A program made the translations under genes and the position numbers. DNA of 64,000 nt from Vicinamibacterales bacterium (GTDB lineage: Bacteria > Acidobacteriota > Vicinamibacteria > Vicinamibacterales > UBA2999): assembly GCA_030680175.1 (NCBI GenBank), contig JAUXWO010000090.1, positions 9,933-73,932 on the forward strand. Reading direction: 5' to 3'. How positions within the stretch are numbered: the first letter of the stretch is position 1; the number at the start of each line of letters is the position of its first letter. This document shows, in pieces, positions 17,150 to 27,702 of the stretch. The notes beneath the pieces are model-generated. The model was not told the origin of the DNA. It worked only from the letters and a program-made list of their open reading frames with translations, and made no database searches.

Positions 17150-17188
17150 CGTTCACCGTCCACCGTCCACCGCTCACCGTCCACCGTC
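17147..17188. repeat. Six tandem heptamers CACCGYY spanning the hldA stop and hldC start
   Basis: The units read caccgtt caccgtc caccgtc caccgct caccgtc caccgtc. They cover the 24-nt spacer plus the hldC start codon and the last hldA codons and stop. Confidence 0.9.
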
Positions 17189-18202
17189 CGTCACGGCCTC
17201 GCGCAGCTCCCGCACCGAGACCGTCGCGGTGCCGCGCTTCATCACGACGAGCCCGCCGGCGTAGTTGGCGAGCCGCGCGGCCTCTTCGAAGGTGGCGCCG
17301 GCGCCGAGCGCCAGCGTCATCACGGCCATCACGGTGTCCCCCGCGCCGGTGACGTCCGTCACCTCGTCGGGTCCGTAGATGGGGATGTGCACGGTCGGCT
17401 TGCCGGGCTCGAAGAGGGCCATCCCGCGGCTACCGCGTGTCACGAGCACCGCCTCCATGCGCGTCTTCTCGAGCACGGCGCGCCCCGCACGCTCGAGCAC
17501 GCGCGGGCGGTCCCCGATCGACACCCCCAGCACCTGCTCGACTTCGGATTCGTTCGGCGTGCACGCGGTCAGCCGCGAGAACTTCAGCAACTGGTAGCGC
17601 GAATCGACGAGCACCGGGATGCCACGGGCGTGCAGCGGGCGCGCGAGCGCGGCGACCATCCGCGGATCCACGAGGCCGGACCCGTAATCGGAGATGAGCA
17701 CGGCATCGGCCTGCCGCGTGGCGCGCGTGGCCGCGCGCACGATGGCGGCACGCTGCTGATCGGTGATCGGCCCCGACGGCCCGCGATCGATGCGGACCAC
17801 CTGCTGCTTGGCGGAATGCACGCCGCCGGCCAGGATCCGCGTCTTGACCGGCGTGCGGTACCCGGCCGGACGCACGATGCCCTGCCGGCCAATGCGCGGC
17901 GGCAGCGAGGCCATCAGCCGGCGGCCGGGCTCGTCGCGACCGGCCAGCGCCACGAGGCCGACCTGGCCGCCGAGCGCGGCGACGTTGCTGGCGGCGTTGC
18001 CGGCGCCTCCGGGCAGGATGGCCGTGGAGTCGTATTCGAGGATCAGGACGGGCGCTTCGCGCGACACACGCGCGACGCGCCCATAGACGAACTCGTCCGC
18101 GATCAGGTCACCGAGGACCACGACGCGGCAGGCGCGAAACCACGCGATCAGGTCGAGCAGGCGCCGGGAGGAGGCCGGCGCGGGGCGCTGAGAGGCTGGC
18201 AT
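17174..18202 (-). CDS. hldA: D-glycero-beta-D-manno-heptose-7-phosphate kinase (RfaE domain I, PfkB family)
   Basis: This is a PfkB-type carbohydrate kinase with GAGNAASNVAALGG and DVTGAGDTV motifs. It lies adjacent to hldC. Confidence 0.9.
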   Translation of the reverse strand: MPASQRPAPASSRRLLDLIAWFRACRVVVLGDLIADEFVYGRVARVSREAPVLILEYDSTAILPGGAGNAASNVAALGGQVGLVALAGRDEPGRRLMASLPPRIGRQGIVRPAGYRTPVKTRILAGGVHSAKQQVVRIDRGPSGPITDQQRAAIVRAATRATRQADAVLISDYGSGLVDPRMVAALARPLHARGIPVLVDSRYQLLKFSRLTACTPNESEVEQVLGVSIGDRPRVLERAGRAVLEKTRMEAVLVTRGSRGMALFEPGKPTVHIPIYGPDEVTDVTGAGDTVMAVMTLALGAGATFEEAARLANYAGGLVVMKRGTATVSVRELREAVTDGGR

Positions 18203-18274
18203 GCAGCCTAACAGGGTATCCCAGAAGGTGGCCGCCGGACACCGGCGCCCGGCCCCTGTGCGTCCCGGCCACCG

Positions 18275-18730
18275 TCAGGCCCGCGCGCGGCCCTCCGCCG
18301 CGGCCTTCAGGTCGGCCAGGTCTCGCTTCAGGCTCTCCTCCACCGTGCCCATCATCATCCAGCCGAACGGCGCGACCAGCATCCCGCCGAACGACTGCGG
18401 CACGACGTCGAACTCCGCCAGCACGTCGGTGCCGCCGAGCGCCCGATCGAACCGGAAGGTGCAGTCGAACTTCGTGCCGTGGGTCTCCGTGGTGATGGTG
18501 TAGGCGTGTCCGTGCTCGAGCGCGGTGACCGACAGCTCCTCGGTCTGCTCGCGGCCGAGGACCTCGCGCGTCTCGAGCCAGCGCGTCCCGATGCTGAAGT
18601 CGCCCGTCGTCAACACCTCGATCTTTCGGATGTTGCTGACCCGGCTGGCGGCACCCTCGATGTCGGTGAACAGCTTGAAGACGTCCTCGAGCGGACGCTC
18701 GATATGGGTTCCGACGCGCACACTGGCCAT
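18275..18730 (-). CDS. SRPBCC (START/polyketide cyclase-like) family protein
   Basis: ORF trimmed to ATG 18730 (MASVRVGTHIERPLEDVFKLFTDIEG...). The size is ~151 aa. The overall pattern resembles SRPBCC ligand-binding proteins, but assignment is by pattern only. Confidence 0.65.
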   Translation of the reverse strand: MASVRVGTHIERPLEDVFKLFTDIEGAASRVSNIRKIEVLTTGDFSIGTRWLETREVLGREQTEELSVTALEHGHAYTITTETHGTKFDCTFRFDRALGGTDVLAEFDVVPQSFGGMLVAPFGWMMMGTVEESLKRDLADLKAAAEGRARA

Positions 18731-18877
18731 GGCTTCCTCCGTGGCCCGGCGGACGCAAGACGACGCAGTTCGGGCCTCAGTGAACCCGTTGCAAGGGACT
18801 CGCCAACCATGGAACGGCGAGTTCGCGTGTTTCGCTGGGACGCGCACACGCGCACCGCCGGGAATCCGGCAGGATGC

Positions 18878-19459
18878 TCAGCCCCCGGCATGGCCTTCGG
18901 CCAGGATGAGGGCAACCGCGGCAGCGAGGTCGTCGACGATCGCCTCCACGCGCTGGCCCTCCGGCCGGGCGCCCTCGACGCGGCGGCCCCAGCCCGTCCG
19001 TACCAGGATGGACCGGGCGCCGATGTTGTGGCCGAGCTGCACGTCGATCCACTTGTCGCCGATCATCCACGACCGCGCGGGGTCGATCCCCAGGTCACGG
19101 ATGGCCGCCTCTGCCATGCCCGGCGCCGGCTTCCGGCAATGGCACTCAACGCGCAACGCCTCGATGATCGCCTCGGGGTGATGGGGGCAGCTGTACCAGC
19201 CGTCGACATGCGCGCCGCCAGCCGCGAGTCGCCGGTCGATCTCGGCGTGCAGCTCATCCACAAACGGCGCCTGGATGGCCCCCATCCCGATGCCGCCCTG
19301 ATTGGTCACCATCGGCACCAGGTACCCGGCCCGGTTCAGCAGCCGCACGGCATCGATCGCAAAGGGATACAGCGTGAGCTGCGACATCGCCGACAGGTAG
19401 CCGACGTCTTCGTTGAGGGTGCCGTCGCGATCGAGGAAGACGGCGGGACGAAGAGACAT
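18878..19459 (-). CDS. gmhB: D,D-heptose 1,7-bisphosphate phosphatase (HAD superfamily)
   Basis: Trimmed to ATG 19459. VFLDRDGTLN is HAD motif I. The CPHHP...CHCRKP Zn-binding pattern is typical of GmhB. Confidence 0.9.
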   Translation of the reverse strand: MSLRPAVFLDRDGTLNEDVGYLSAMSQLTLYPFAIDAVRLLNRAGYLVPMVTNQGGIGMGAIQAPFVDELHAEIDRRLAAGGAHVDGWYSCPHHPEAIIEALRVECHCRKPAPGMAEAAIRDLGIDPARSWMIGDKWIDVQLGHNIGARSILVRTGWGRRVEGARPEGQRVEAIVDDLAAAVALILAEGHAGG

Positions 19460-19650
19460 AGATAGATATCTCCGCAATCTGGTGATGTGGTGATGTGGTG
19501 ACGTGGTGATCTGATGTGGAGATCTGACGATGTTGCGATCGATGTGGTGATCTGATGGATCTATCTTGTGATCTTAAGGGATCTATCTTGCGATCTTGTG
19601 ATCTTGTGATCTGATGTGGCGATCTGTCATCTGACGAGATCTGTGATGGA
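19460..19650. repeat. GTGATGTG / CTTGTGAT-type 8-mer repeat field filling the waaF-gmhB spacer
   Basis: The sequence reads ggtgatgtggtgatgtggtgacgtggtgatctgatgtgg...cttgtgatcttgtgatctgatgtgg. It belongs to the same word family as 14783-14966 and 30972-31070. The motif continues into the last codons of waaF. Confidence 0.85.
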
Positions 19651-20673
19651 CGCCATCACCGCGTGCGCCGTGATGCCGCGCATGCACCGGTGATCGATCG
19701 GGCACTCGCGCAGCATGCAGGGGCGGCACCAGGCCGCGTGGGTGATGACGCGGGGGCGTGGGGCGTCTGGGGCGGCGGTGAGCGGCGTGGTCTGCTGCTC
19801 GTTGGTGGATCCGAAGAGCGCCACCACAGGCGCGCCGACCGCGCCGGCCAGATGCATCGCGCCTGAATCGTTCGCGACGACCGCGCGGGCGGACGCGAGC
19901 ACGGCGGCCAGGGCCGGCAGGTCTGTCTGGCCCGACAGATCAACGGGCGCGGGCGTTCCCGGCTCCCGGCGCTGCACATCACGCGCGATCCCGGCGCACA
20001 CCGGTGCGTCGCTCCGTGTGCCGACGAGCACCGCACGCCAGCCCAGCTCCGCATGGATCCGCGCGGCCAGCTCCGCAAACCGCTCGGGCGGCCACTGCTT
20101 GGCCTTGCCGTACGCGGCGCCGGGGGCCATGGCCACAAACGGCGCGGCGGCGGCGAGGCCGTGGCCTTCCAGCAGGCGCGTGCGCGCCTCGAGGGCCGCG
20201 CCGCGGACCTGCACCTGCGCATACGGCGGCGCCGGCGTGATCCCGAGGGCCTCCACCAGCGCCAGGTAATAGTCCGCTTGGTGCAGCAACGTGCGGGGCC
20301 GCGGCACGGCGCGGGTGAGCAGGCGCGCGCGCAGGTCCGCCGCATAGCCCCAGCGCTCGCCAATCGGCGCCTGCGCCACGATCCACGCGGACACGAACGA
20401 GTTCGGCAGCAGCAGCGCCGTGTCCGCACCGGCCGACGCCAGGCGATGCGCGTCACGGCGCCACCGCGCGACGGCGCCGAGCCCCGTGGTCGTCTCGAGC
20501 GTGATCACCGCATCGACGCCGGCCACCAGCGTGAAGAGCGGCGCCACGCTCGCACGCGCCGCCACCGCCAGGTGCGCCGACGGCCACTGACGCCTAACGG
20601 AGGCGACGGCCGGCAGTGCCATCACGGCGTCCCCCAGCCAGTTGGGCGCGACCACGACCACGCGATCAGCCAT
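19627..20673 (-). CDS. waaF: ADP-heptose:LPS heptosyltransferase II (GT9)
   Basis: VVVVAPNWLGDAVMALPAV matches the WaaF-type PxWxGD N-terminus. NDSGAMHLAGAVGAP is a GT9 motif. Confidence 0.8.
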   Translation of the reverse strand: MADRVVVVAPNWLGDAVMALPAVASVRRQWPSAHLAVAARASVAPLFTLVAGVDAVITLETTTGLGAVARWRRDAHRLASAGADTALLLPNSFVSAWIVAQAPIGERWGYAADLRARLLTRAVPRPRTLLHQADYYLALVEALGITPAPPYAQVQVRGAALEARTRLLEGHGLAAAAPFVAMAPGAAYGKAKQWPPERFAELAARIHAELGWRAVLVGTRSDAPVCAGIARDVQRREPGTPAPVDLSGQTDLPALAAVLASARAVVANDSGAMHLAGAVGAPVVALFGSTNEQQTTPLTAAPDAPRPRVITHAAWCRPCMLRECPIDHRCMRGITAHAVMASITDLVR

Positions 20674-21595
20674 CGAGCCCCTCGTCCGCGCGCGCCGCCG
20701 GGAACATGCCGCGCGTCACCGGCGCCGGCGCATCGCGCCACCGGCGGTGCATCCAGAGCCACAGCTCCGGATGGCGGCGCACGTACATCTCGAGGACGTC
20801 GGTGCAGCGCTGGGTGAACTCGTGGACCGCGTCGGGCGCGTCGCTCGGTGGCGGCTCCACGGGATGCTCGTACACCATCCGGAAGCGGCCACCCGGCAGC
20901 GGCAGCGCAAACACCGGCACCACCGGCGCGCCGGTGCGCAGCGCCAGCGCGGCGAGCGTGGAGGTGGTCGCCGCCGGCCGCTGGAAGAAGCTCACCCAGA
21001 TGGCGTCGGGGCTGTGCATGTGCTGGTCGATCAGCATCGCCACACCCTGCCCCCCGGCCAGCGTGCGCAGCATCTTGCGGACGGCGCCCTCGCGGTAGAT
21101 CACGGTGTTGCCGGTGCAGCCGCGCATCTGCTCGAGCAGCGTGTTCAGGCGCGGGTTGTCGAGCGCGCGCGCCAGCACGCCGATCGGCCGCAGGGACAGC
21201 CCGTGCACGATCGCCTGCAGTTCCCAGAACCCGAAGTGGCCGGTGAAGAACAGCACGCCTCGGCCCTGCGCATAGGCGTGCTCGGCGCGTTCCCGCCCCT
21301 CGAACTCCACGCGCGACAGCATCTGCTCCGGCCCGAGCGTCGTGAACTTCAGGATCTCGAACAGCAGCCGTCCGAAGTGCGCGAACATCCGCCGCGCCAG
21401 CGTCCGGTGCTCCGCCGCCGACTTGCCGGGAAAGCACTGCGCCAGATTGGCCAGCGCCACCCGACGATGGGGGCGATCGACGTGGTAGACGAGGACGCCG
21501 ACGGCCGATCCCAATGCGCGTACGGCGGCGTCCGGCAACACGCGCACCAGGGCGCGTGCCGAGGCCACGGCCGCATACTCGACCAGATGCCTCAC
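20666..21595 (-). CDS. lpxL: Lipid A biosynthesis (Kdo)2-lipid IVA acyltransferase (LpxL/HtrB family)
   Basis: Frame of ORF 20666..22033 trimmed to GTG 21595, which overlaps the lpxK stop (GTGA). The motif GRGVLFFTGHFGFWELQ is the HX4E-type acyltransferase motif. The product is 309 aa. Confidence 0.85.
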   Translation of the reverse strand: MRHLVEYAAVASARALVRVLPDAAVRALGSAVGVLVYHVDRPHRRVALANLAQCFPGKSAAEHRTLARRMFAHFGRLLFEILKFTTLGPEQMLSRVEFEGRERAEHAYAQGRGVLFFTGHFGFWELQAIVHGLSLRPIGVLARALDNPRLNTLLEQMRGCTGNTVIYREGAVRKMLRTLAGGQGVAMLIDQHMHSPDAIWVSFFQRPAATTSTLAALALRTGAPVVPVFALPLPGGRFRMVYEHPVEPPPSDAPDAVHEFTQRCTDVLEMYVRRHPELWLWMHRRWRDAPAPVTRGMFPAARADEGLDG

Positions 21596-22623
21596 CGGGC
21601 GCCTCCGCGCGAGGCGCCGTGCCGCCGGCGCGCCTGCGCGATCCACGCGTCGATCGCCGTCGCGGGATCGACCGTGATCGTGAGCGGCACGGTCGCCAGC
21701 GGGAACGGCAGGGGCCTCAGCGTCTCGAGCTTCACGACATCCTTCCCGGTCGCCAGCACGAGCCGCGCGCCGGTGTCCCGCACGACGGCCGCGATGCGCG
21801 TCACGTCCGCGGTGGTGAACCAATGATGATCGGACAACGGCAGCGTCCTGACAAGCGTCCACCCCTCGGCGCGGAGCCCGTCGAAGAACCGGTCCGGATG
21901 GGCGATGCCCGCGATCGCCACGACCGGCGCGTGCGTCTCGCGCAGCCGGTCCGGATCCAGATCGGCGTGCTCGATATCCGGCACCGCGCGCCCCAGCACG
22001 CGCGCCGCCCCGCACGAGGCCTCGACGCCCCACTGGCGGGCCTCGGCGGCGGCCGCCTCCGCGGACGCACCCACGACCACGAGGGCATCGGCGAGGCCGG
22101 CCGCCTCGGCCCCTTCGCGCAGCCGCCCGAACGGCAGCACCCGCCCCGCCATGATCTCACCGGGCGTCGTCACCAGCACGTCCACGTCGCGCGCCAGCCG
22201 CACGTGCTGAAACCCGTCGTCCAGCACATGCACCGTGCATCCGAGCGTCGCTTCCGCCAGCTGCCCCGACGCGTAGCGGTTCGCGCCGACCACGACGGCG
22301 GCGCCGGGCACGAGCCGCGCGAGGAGTGACGGCTCATCACCGGCCTCGGCGACGCCCGCGCGGATCTGCACGCCATCGGAGACCACGAGCGGACCGCGCG
22401 CGGGCCGGCGACGGCCGTACCCGCGGCTGAGGATGGCCGGACGCTCGCCGAGGGCCACCAGCCGTTCGGCAATGGCGGCCACCAGCGGGGTCTTGCCCGT
22501 GCCGCCCACGCTGAGGTTGCCCACCGCGATCACCGGATGCGCGAGACGCCGCACGGCCTCCGGGCGGCGGGCGTACCAGCCGCGCCGCGCGCGCATCAGG
22601 TGTCGATAGAGGTGGTCCAGCAC
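21592..22623 (-). CDS. lpxK: Tetraacyldisaccharide 4'-kinase
   Basis: The P-loop VIAVGNLSVGGTGKTPLV and ILSRGYGR motifs are present. The protein is 343 aa. Confidence 0.9.
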   Translation of the reverse strand: MLDHLYRHLMRARRGWYARRPEAVRRLAHPVIAVGNLSVGGTGKTPLVAAIAERLVALGERPAILSRGYGRRRPARGPLVVSDGVQIRAGVAEAGDEPSLLARLVPGAAVVVGANRYASGQLAEATLGCTVHVLDDGFQHVRLARDVDVLVTTPGEIMAGRVLPFGRLREGAEAAGLADALVVVGASAEAAAAEARQWGVEASCGAARVLGRAVPDIEHADLDPDRLRETHAPVVAIAGIAHPDRFFDGLRAEGWTLVRTLPLSDHHWFTTADVTRIAAVVRDTGARLVLATGKDVVKLETLRPLPFPLATVPLTITVDPATAIDAWIAQARRRHGASRGGAR

Positions 22624-22651
22624 GGATGGCGTGTTCCTGCAGCCCCGGCGA

Positions 22652-24004
22652 TCAGCTCACGACGCGAAACGGGCGCACCTTCGCGCCCGGCCCGTCCACC
22701 GGCAGCAGTGCGAGCAGCGCCGTGACCGTCCGGTCCTTCGCGCCGCGATTGGCCTCGACGAGCGCGCGGGCCGCCGCGCCGAGGCGCGCGCGCCGCACGG
22801 GGTCGGCCATCAGATCCACGAGCGCTGCTTCAAGTTCGCCCGCGGACCGCACCTGCACCCCTGCCTCGTGGGCGACGAAGGCCTCGGCAATCTCCGCGAA
22901 GTTCTGCATGTGCGGGCCGAACACGACGGGCTTGCCGAACACCGCGGGCTCGAGGATGTTGTGACCGCCGGTGGGCACGAGGCTCCCGCCGACGAACGCC
23001 ACGGTCGCGACCTGGTAGATGCGCGCCAGCTCGCCGATCGTATCGAGCACGACGATATCGGCGCGCGGCTCGGCATCCACGGGCAGCTCGCTGCGCCGCA
23101 CCGTGCGGAAGCCCTCTTCGCGGCAGATCTGCTCCACGTCGTCGAACCGCTCGGGGTGCCGCGGCGCGAGGATCAGGAGCGCCCCGGGCTGCGCCGCCTT
23201 GAGCTTGCGGAACGCGCGCAGGACCGCGGCCTCCTCGCCGCGCATCGTGCTGCCCGCCACGAGGACGGGACGCGACGCCGGCACGCGGAAGTAGCGCACG
23301 ACGCGGTCGCGCACGCGGACGTCGGCGGCGGCCACGGGCGCGTCGAGCGAATCGAACTTGAGGCTGCCCGTCACCGTGACACGCGCCGGATCGGCGCCCA
23401 GGTCGACGAAGCGGCGCGCCGATTCCTCGCTCTGCACGCAGAAGCGGTCGACGTGCGCCAGCACGCGGCGCATGAGCGGCCGCACGAGGCGGTAGCGCGG
23501 GTAGGATCGCGACGACAGGCGCCCGTTGACGATGGCCGTCTTCACGCCGCGGCGGTGGCACTCACGCAGCAGGTGCGGCCAGATCTCCGTCTCCATCATC
23601 AGGAACAGCCGTGGCCGCACCAGGTCGAGCGTCCGGCGCACGACGAAGGCGAAATCGAGCGGGAAGTAGAAGACCGCATCCACGTCGGGCACGTTGCGGC
23701 GTGCCAGCTGCTGCCCGGTCATCGTCGTCGTCGACAGGAAGATGCGCAGGCGCGGGTAGTGCTGCCGCAGTTCACGGATCAGCGGACGCACGGACAGCGT
23801 CTCGCCGACCGAGACCGCATGAATCCAGATGGAGGGCTCCGCATCCATGTTGAACGACACGGGGAGCGACCCGAGCCTCTGGGCGAGGCTGTCGACGTAC
23901 TTGCCGTGACGGATCGCCTGGTAGAGCAACCATGGCGAGACCACCACGAAGAGCGCCAGGGCGAACAGGCTGTAGAGGAAATACATGCGCGGCGGCGTGG
24001 CCAC
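22652..24004 (-). CDS. waaA: 3-deoxy-D-manno-octulosonic acid transferase
   Basis: IWIHAVSVGETLSVRPLI is the hallmark KdtA N-terminal motif. The protein is 450 aa. Confidence 0.9.
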   Translation of the reverse strand: MATPPRMYFLYSLFALALFVVVSPWLLYQAIRHGKYVDSLAQRLGSLPVSFNMDAEPSIWIHAVSVGETLSVRPLIRELRQHYPRLRIFLSTTTMTGQQLARRNVPDVDAVFYFPLDFAFVVRRTLDLVRPRLFLMMETEIWPHLLRECHRRGVKTAIVNGRLSSRSYPRYRLVRPLMRRVLAHVDRFCVQSEESARRFVDLGADPARVTVTGSLKFDSLDAPVAAADVRVRDRVVRYFRVPASRPVLVAGSTMRGEEAAVLRAFRKLKAAQPGALLILAPRHPERFDDVEQICREEGFRTVRRSELPVDAEPRADIVVLDTIGELARIYQVATVAFVGGSLVPTGGHNILEPAVFGKPVVFGPHMQNFAEIAEAFVAHEAGVQVRSAGELEAALVDLMADPVRRARLGAAARALVEANRGAKDRTVTALLALLPVDGPGAKVRPFRVVS

Positions 24005-24111
24005 TCCATCCCGAAGCCCGGCCGCGCGCCGTGCGCCCGCCGGTCACGGGATGCCAAAGTGTAACCAACAGAAAACACACGGGTTACAGTCAACGAAGTA
24101 TATCCCCCGGT

Positions 24112-25192
<1,081 letters not shown>

Positions 25193-25206
25193 CGGGGATC
25201 GGGGAA

Positions 25207-25269
25207 CGCCGAAAGCCGAAAGCCGAGAGCCGATAGCCGATAGCCGAGAGCCGAGAGCCGAACGCCGAC
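25207..25269. repeat. Nine tandem heptamers AGCCGAN (gap-pgk spacer)
   Basis: The units read cgccgaa agccgaa agccgag agccgat agccgat agccgag agccgag agccgaa cgccgac. Confidence 0.9.
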
Positions 25270-25278
25270 AGCATCCGT

Positions 25279-26478
25279 ATGACCAAGTACTCGATTCGTG
25301 ACCTCGACCTCGGCGGACGGCGCGTGTTCGTCCGCGTGGACTTCAACGTACCGATCGCGGACGGCGTCCTCGGCGACGAGACGCGGATCATGTCGGCGCT
25401 CCCGACCATTCGCCTGGCGCTCGAGCAGGGCGCCACCGTGGTGCTGGCCTCGCATCTCGGCCGCCCCAAGGGCGCCGTGACCGCGAAGTACAGCCTGCGC
25501 CCGGTGGCCGACCGGCTGGCCGCGATCCTCGGCCGGCCGGTGACGTTCGCCGCCGACTGCGTGGGCCCTCATGCCGAGGCGGCGGTGGCGGAAGCCCACG
25601 GACCGGGCGGCTCGCGCCTGGTGCTCCTCGAGAACCTGCGCTTCCACGCCGCCGAGGAAGCCAACGACGCCGCCTTCGCCGCCGGACTGGCCGCGCTGGC
25701 GGACGACTACGTCAACGACGCCTTCGGCGCGGCGCACCGGGCGCACGCGTCGGTCGCGGCGATCACGACGCACTTCCCGAAGGCGGCCGCCGGGCTCCTG
25801 ATGGAGAAGGAGCTCACGTACCTCGGGATGGCGCTCGACGAGCCGGAGCGGCCGTTCGTGGCGATCCTGGGCGGCGCCAAGGTGTCCGACAAGCTCGAGG
25901 TGATCGAGAACCTGCTGAAGCGCGTCGACCGGCTCCTCATCGGCGGGGCGATGGCGTACACGTTCTTCCGCGCGCTGGGCCTGCCGGTCGGGCGGTCGCT
26001 GGTCGAGGAGGACAAGCTCGACACCGCGCGGACGATCATCACCCACGCGAAGGCGCGCGACGTCCAGTTCTGCCTCCCCGTCGACCACGTCGTCGCCGCG
26101 GCGATCGAGGCGGGCGCCCCGACCGAGATCCTCAAGGTGAACGACGCAGCCATCGGCGACCGCATGGGCCTGGACATCGGGCCGGAGACGACGCGGCTGT
26201 ACGCGACGCTCGTGGCCGACGCGAAGACGATCGTCTGGAACGGGCCGATGGGCGTGTTCGAGACCGACGCATTCGCCAAGGGCACGCTCGGCGTCGCCCG
26301 TGCGGTGGCCGCGAGCACGGGCACGACGATCATCGGCGGGGGCGACTCGGTGGCCGCCATCAATCTGGCCGGCGTCGCCAGCCAGGTCACCCACATCTCA
26401 ACAGGCGGCGGCGCCTCGCTCGAGTTCCTCGGCGGCCGGATCCTGCCGGGGGTCGCCGCGCTGCCCGACAAGGGCTAG
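25279..26478 (+). CDS. pgk: Phosphoglycerate kinase
   Basis: [11 protein letters not shown] and ASHLGRPKG motifs are present. The C-terminus has [13 protein letters not shown]-like [13 protein letters not shown]. Confidence 0.95.
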   Translation: MTKYSIRDLDLGGRRVFVRVDFNVPIADGVLGDETRIMSALPTIRLALEQGATVVLASHLGRPKGAVTAKYSLRPVADRLAAILGRPVTFAADCVGPHAEAAVAEAHGPGGSRLVLLENLRFHAAEEANDAAFAAGLAALADDYVNDAFGAAHRAHASVAAITTHFPKAAAGLLMEKELTYLGMALDEPERPFVAILGGAKVSDKLEVIENLLKRVDRLLIGGAMAYTFFRALGLPVGRSLVEEDKLDTARTIITHAKARDVQFCLPVDHVVAAAIEAGAPTEILKVNDAAIGDRMGLDIGPETTRLYATLVADAKTIVWNGPMGVFETDAFAKGTLGVARAVAASTGTTIIGGGDSVAAINLAGVASQVTHISTGGGASLEFLGGRILPGVAALPDKG

Positions 26479-26485
26479 GGGCGCT

Positions 26486-26667
26486 GTTCGCGATTCGCGA
26501 TTCGCGATTCGCTATTCGCGGTTCGCTATTCGCGGTTCGCAATTCGCAGTTCGCCCGTGCGCCGTTACGTTCTGCATCGTGCATTTCGCATTTCGCGACC
26601 CGCAGTCCGCGATTCGCCGTTCGCTCTCTGTTTTTGCATTCTGCATTTTGCATTTCGCTTTTTGCGT
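26486..26667. repeat. Heptamer array RTTCGCN x10 followed by degenerate GCATTT(C/T) repeats (pgk-tpiA spacer)
   Basis: The array starts gttcgcg attcgcg attcgcg attcgct attcgcg gttcgct attcgcg gttcgca attcgca gttcgcc. It continues with gcatttcgcatttcgcg...tttttgcattctgcattttgcatttcgc. Confidence 0.9.
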
Positions 26668-26698
26668 CCGGCCCTTCCGCCCTTGACCGAGTGAGACC

Positions 26699-27460
26699 AT
26701 GCGCCAGCCGATGATTGCCGGGAACTGGAAGATGTTCAAGACGGTCCACGAGGCCGTCGTGTTCGTGAAGGAGCTGCGCCCGCTCGTCGCGGATGTCACG
26801 GGCGTGGAGATCGTCGTCGCGCCGCCCTTCACGGCGATTCACGCGGTGGCCGAGGCCGCGCGCAACACGAACATCGGGGTGAGCGCCCAGTCCCTCCACT
26901 GGGAGCGCGAGGGTGCGTTCACGGGGGAGGTGAGCGCGGGGATGGTGCGCGAGGCGGGCGCCGAGTACGTGATCCTCGGCCACTCGGAGCGCCGGACGCT
27001 GTTTGGCGACACGGACCTGACGGTCAACCGCCGGCTGATGGCCGCGCTCGCCGCCGAGCTGACGCCGATCGTCTGCGTGGGCGAGACGCTGGAGCAGCGC
27101 GAAGGCGGGCAGACGCTGGCCGTGCTCGACCAGCAGTTGAAGCAGAGCCTCGATGGCGTGACCGGTGCCCAGCTGGCGGCGATCGTGGTGGCGTATGAGC
27201 CGGTGTGGGCGATCGGCACCGGCCGCAACGCCACCCCGGCGCAGGCCGGCGAGGCGCACACGCACCTGCGCGGACGGCTGCGCCAGTGGTTCGGCGCCGA
27301 CGCGGCCGAGCAGTGCCGCCTGCTCTACGGCGGCAGCGTGAAGCCGGGAAACATCGCGACGCTCATCGCCGAAGCCGACGTCGACGGCGCCCTGGTCGGC
27401 GGCGCCAGCCTGGATGTCGCGTCGTTTGCCGAGATCGTCAGGGGAGCGCTCGGACGGTAG
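26699..27460 (+). CDS. tpiA: Triose-phosphate isomerase
   Basis: IAGNWKM, GHSERR, AYEPVWAIGTG and YGGSV motifs are all present. Confidence 0.95.
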   Translation: MRQPMIAGNWKMFKTVHEAVVFVKELRPLVADVTGVEIVVAPPFTAIHAVAEAARNTNIGVSAQSLHWEREGAFTGEVSAGMVREAGAEYVILGHSERRTLFGDTDLTVNRRLMAALAAELTPIVCVGETLEQREGGQTLAVLDQQLKQSLDGVTGAQLAAIVVAYEPVWAIGTGRNATPAQAGEAHTHLRGRLRQWFGADAAEQCRLLYGGSVKPGNIATLIAEADVDGALVGGASLDVASFAEIVRGALGR

Positions 27461-27462
27461 AC

Positions 27463-27632
27463 AGCGATCAGTGGTCGGCTGTCGGCTATCAGCGATCGGC
27501 TTTCGGCTTTCGGCTTTCGGCTACCAGCTTCCGGCGCCACCCCGGCACCACGGCACCACGGCACCACGGCACCTCGGCACCCCGCCCCCAGGCACCCCGG
27601 GCACCCAGGGCACCCCGGGCACCCCGAGCACC
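27463..27632. repeat. Composite array: CGGCTNT heptamers then GGCACCNC 8-9-mers (tpiA-secG spacer)
   Basis: The first part reads cggctgtcggctatcagcgatcggctttcggctttcggctttcggct. The second reads ggcaccacggcaccacggcaccacggcacctcggcacc...ggcaccccgggcacccagggcaccccgggcaccccgagcacc. Confidence 0.9.
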
Positions 27633-27702
27633 TTGTCCCCGACCGCCCCGCCGTTGTATGATTGCGGTTTGTGACGCCGGGCAGATCCGGCGCAGAACAT
27701 CC

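Noticed and set aside
16211-18211. 666-aa plus-strand ORF across hldC and hldA
   Set aside because: It is antisense to two genes with strong family motifs, and its composition is an off-frame artefact.
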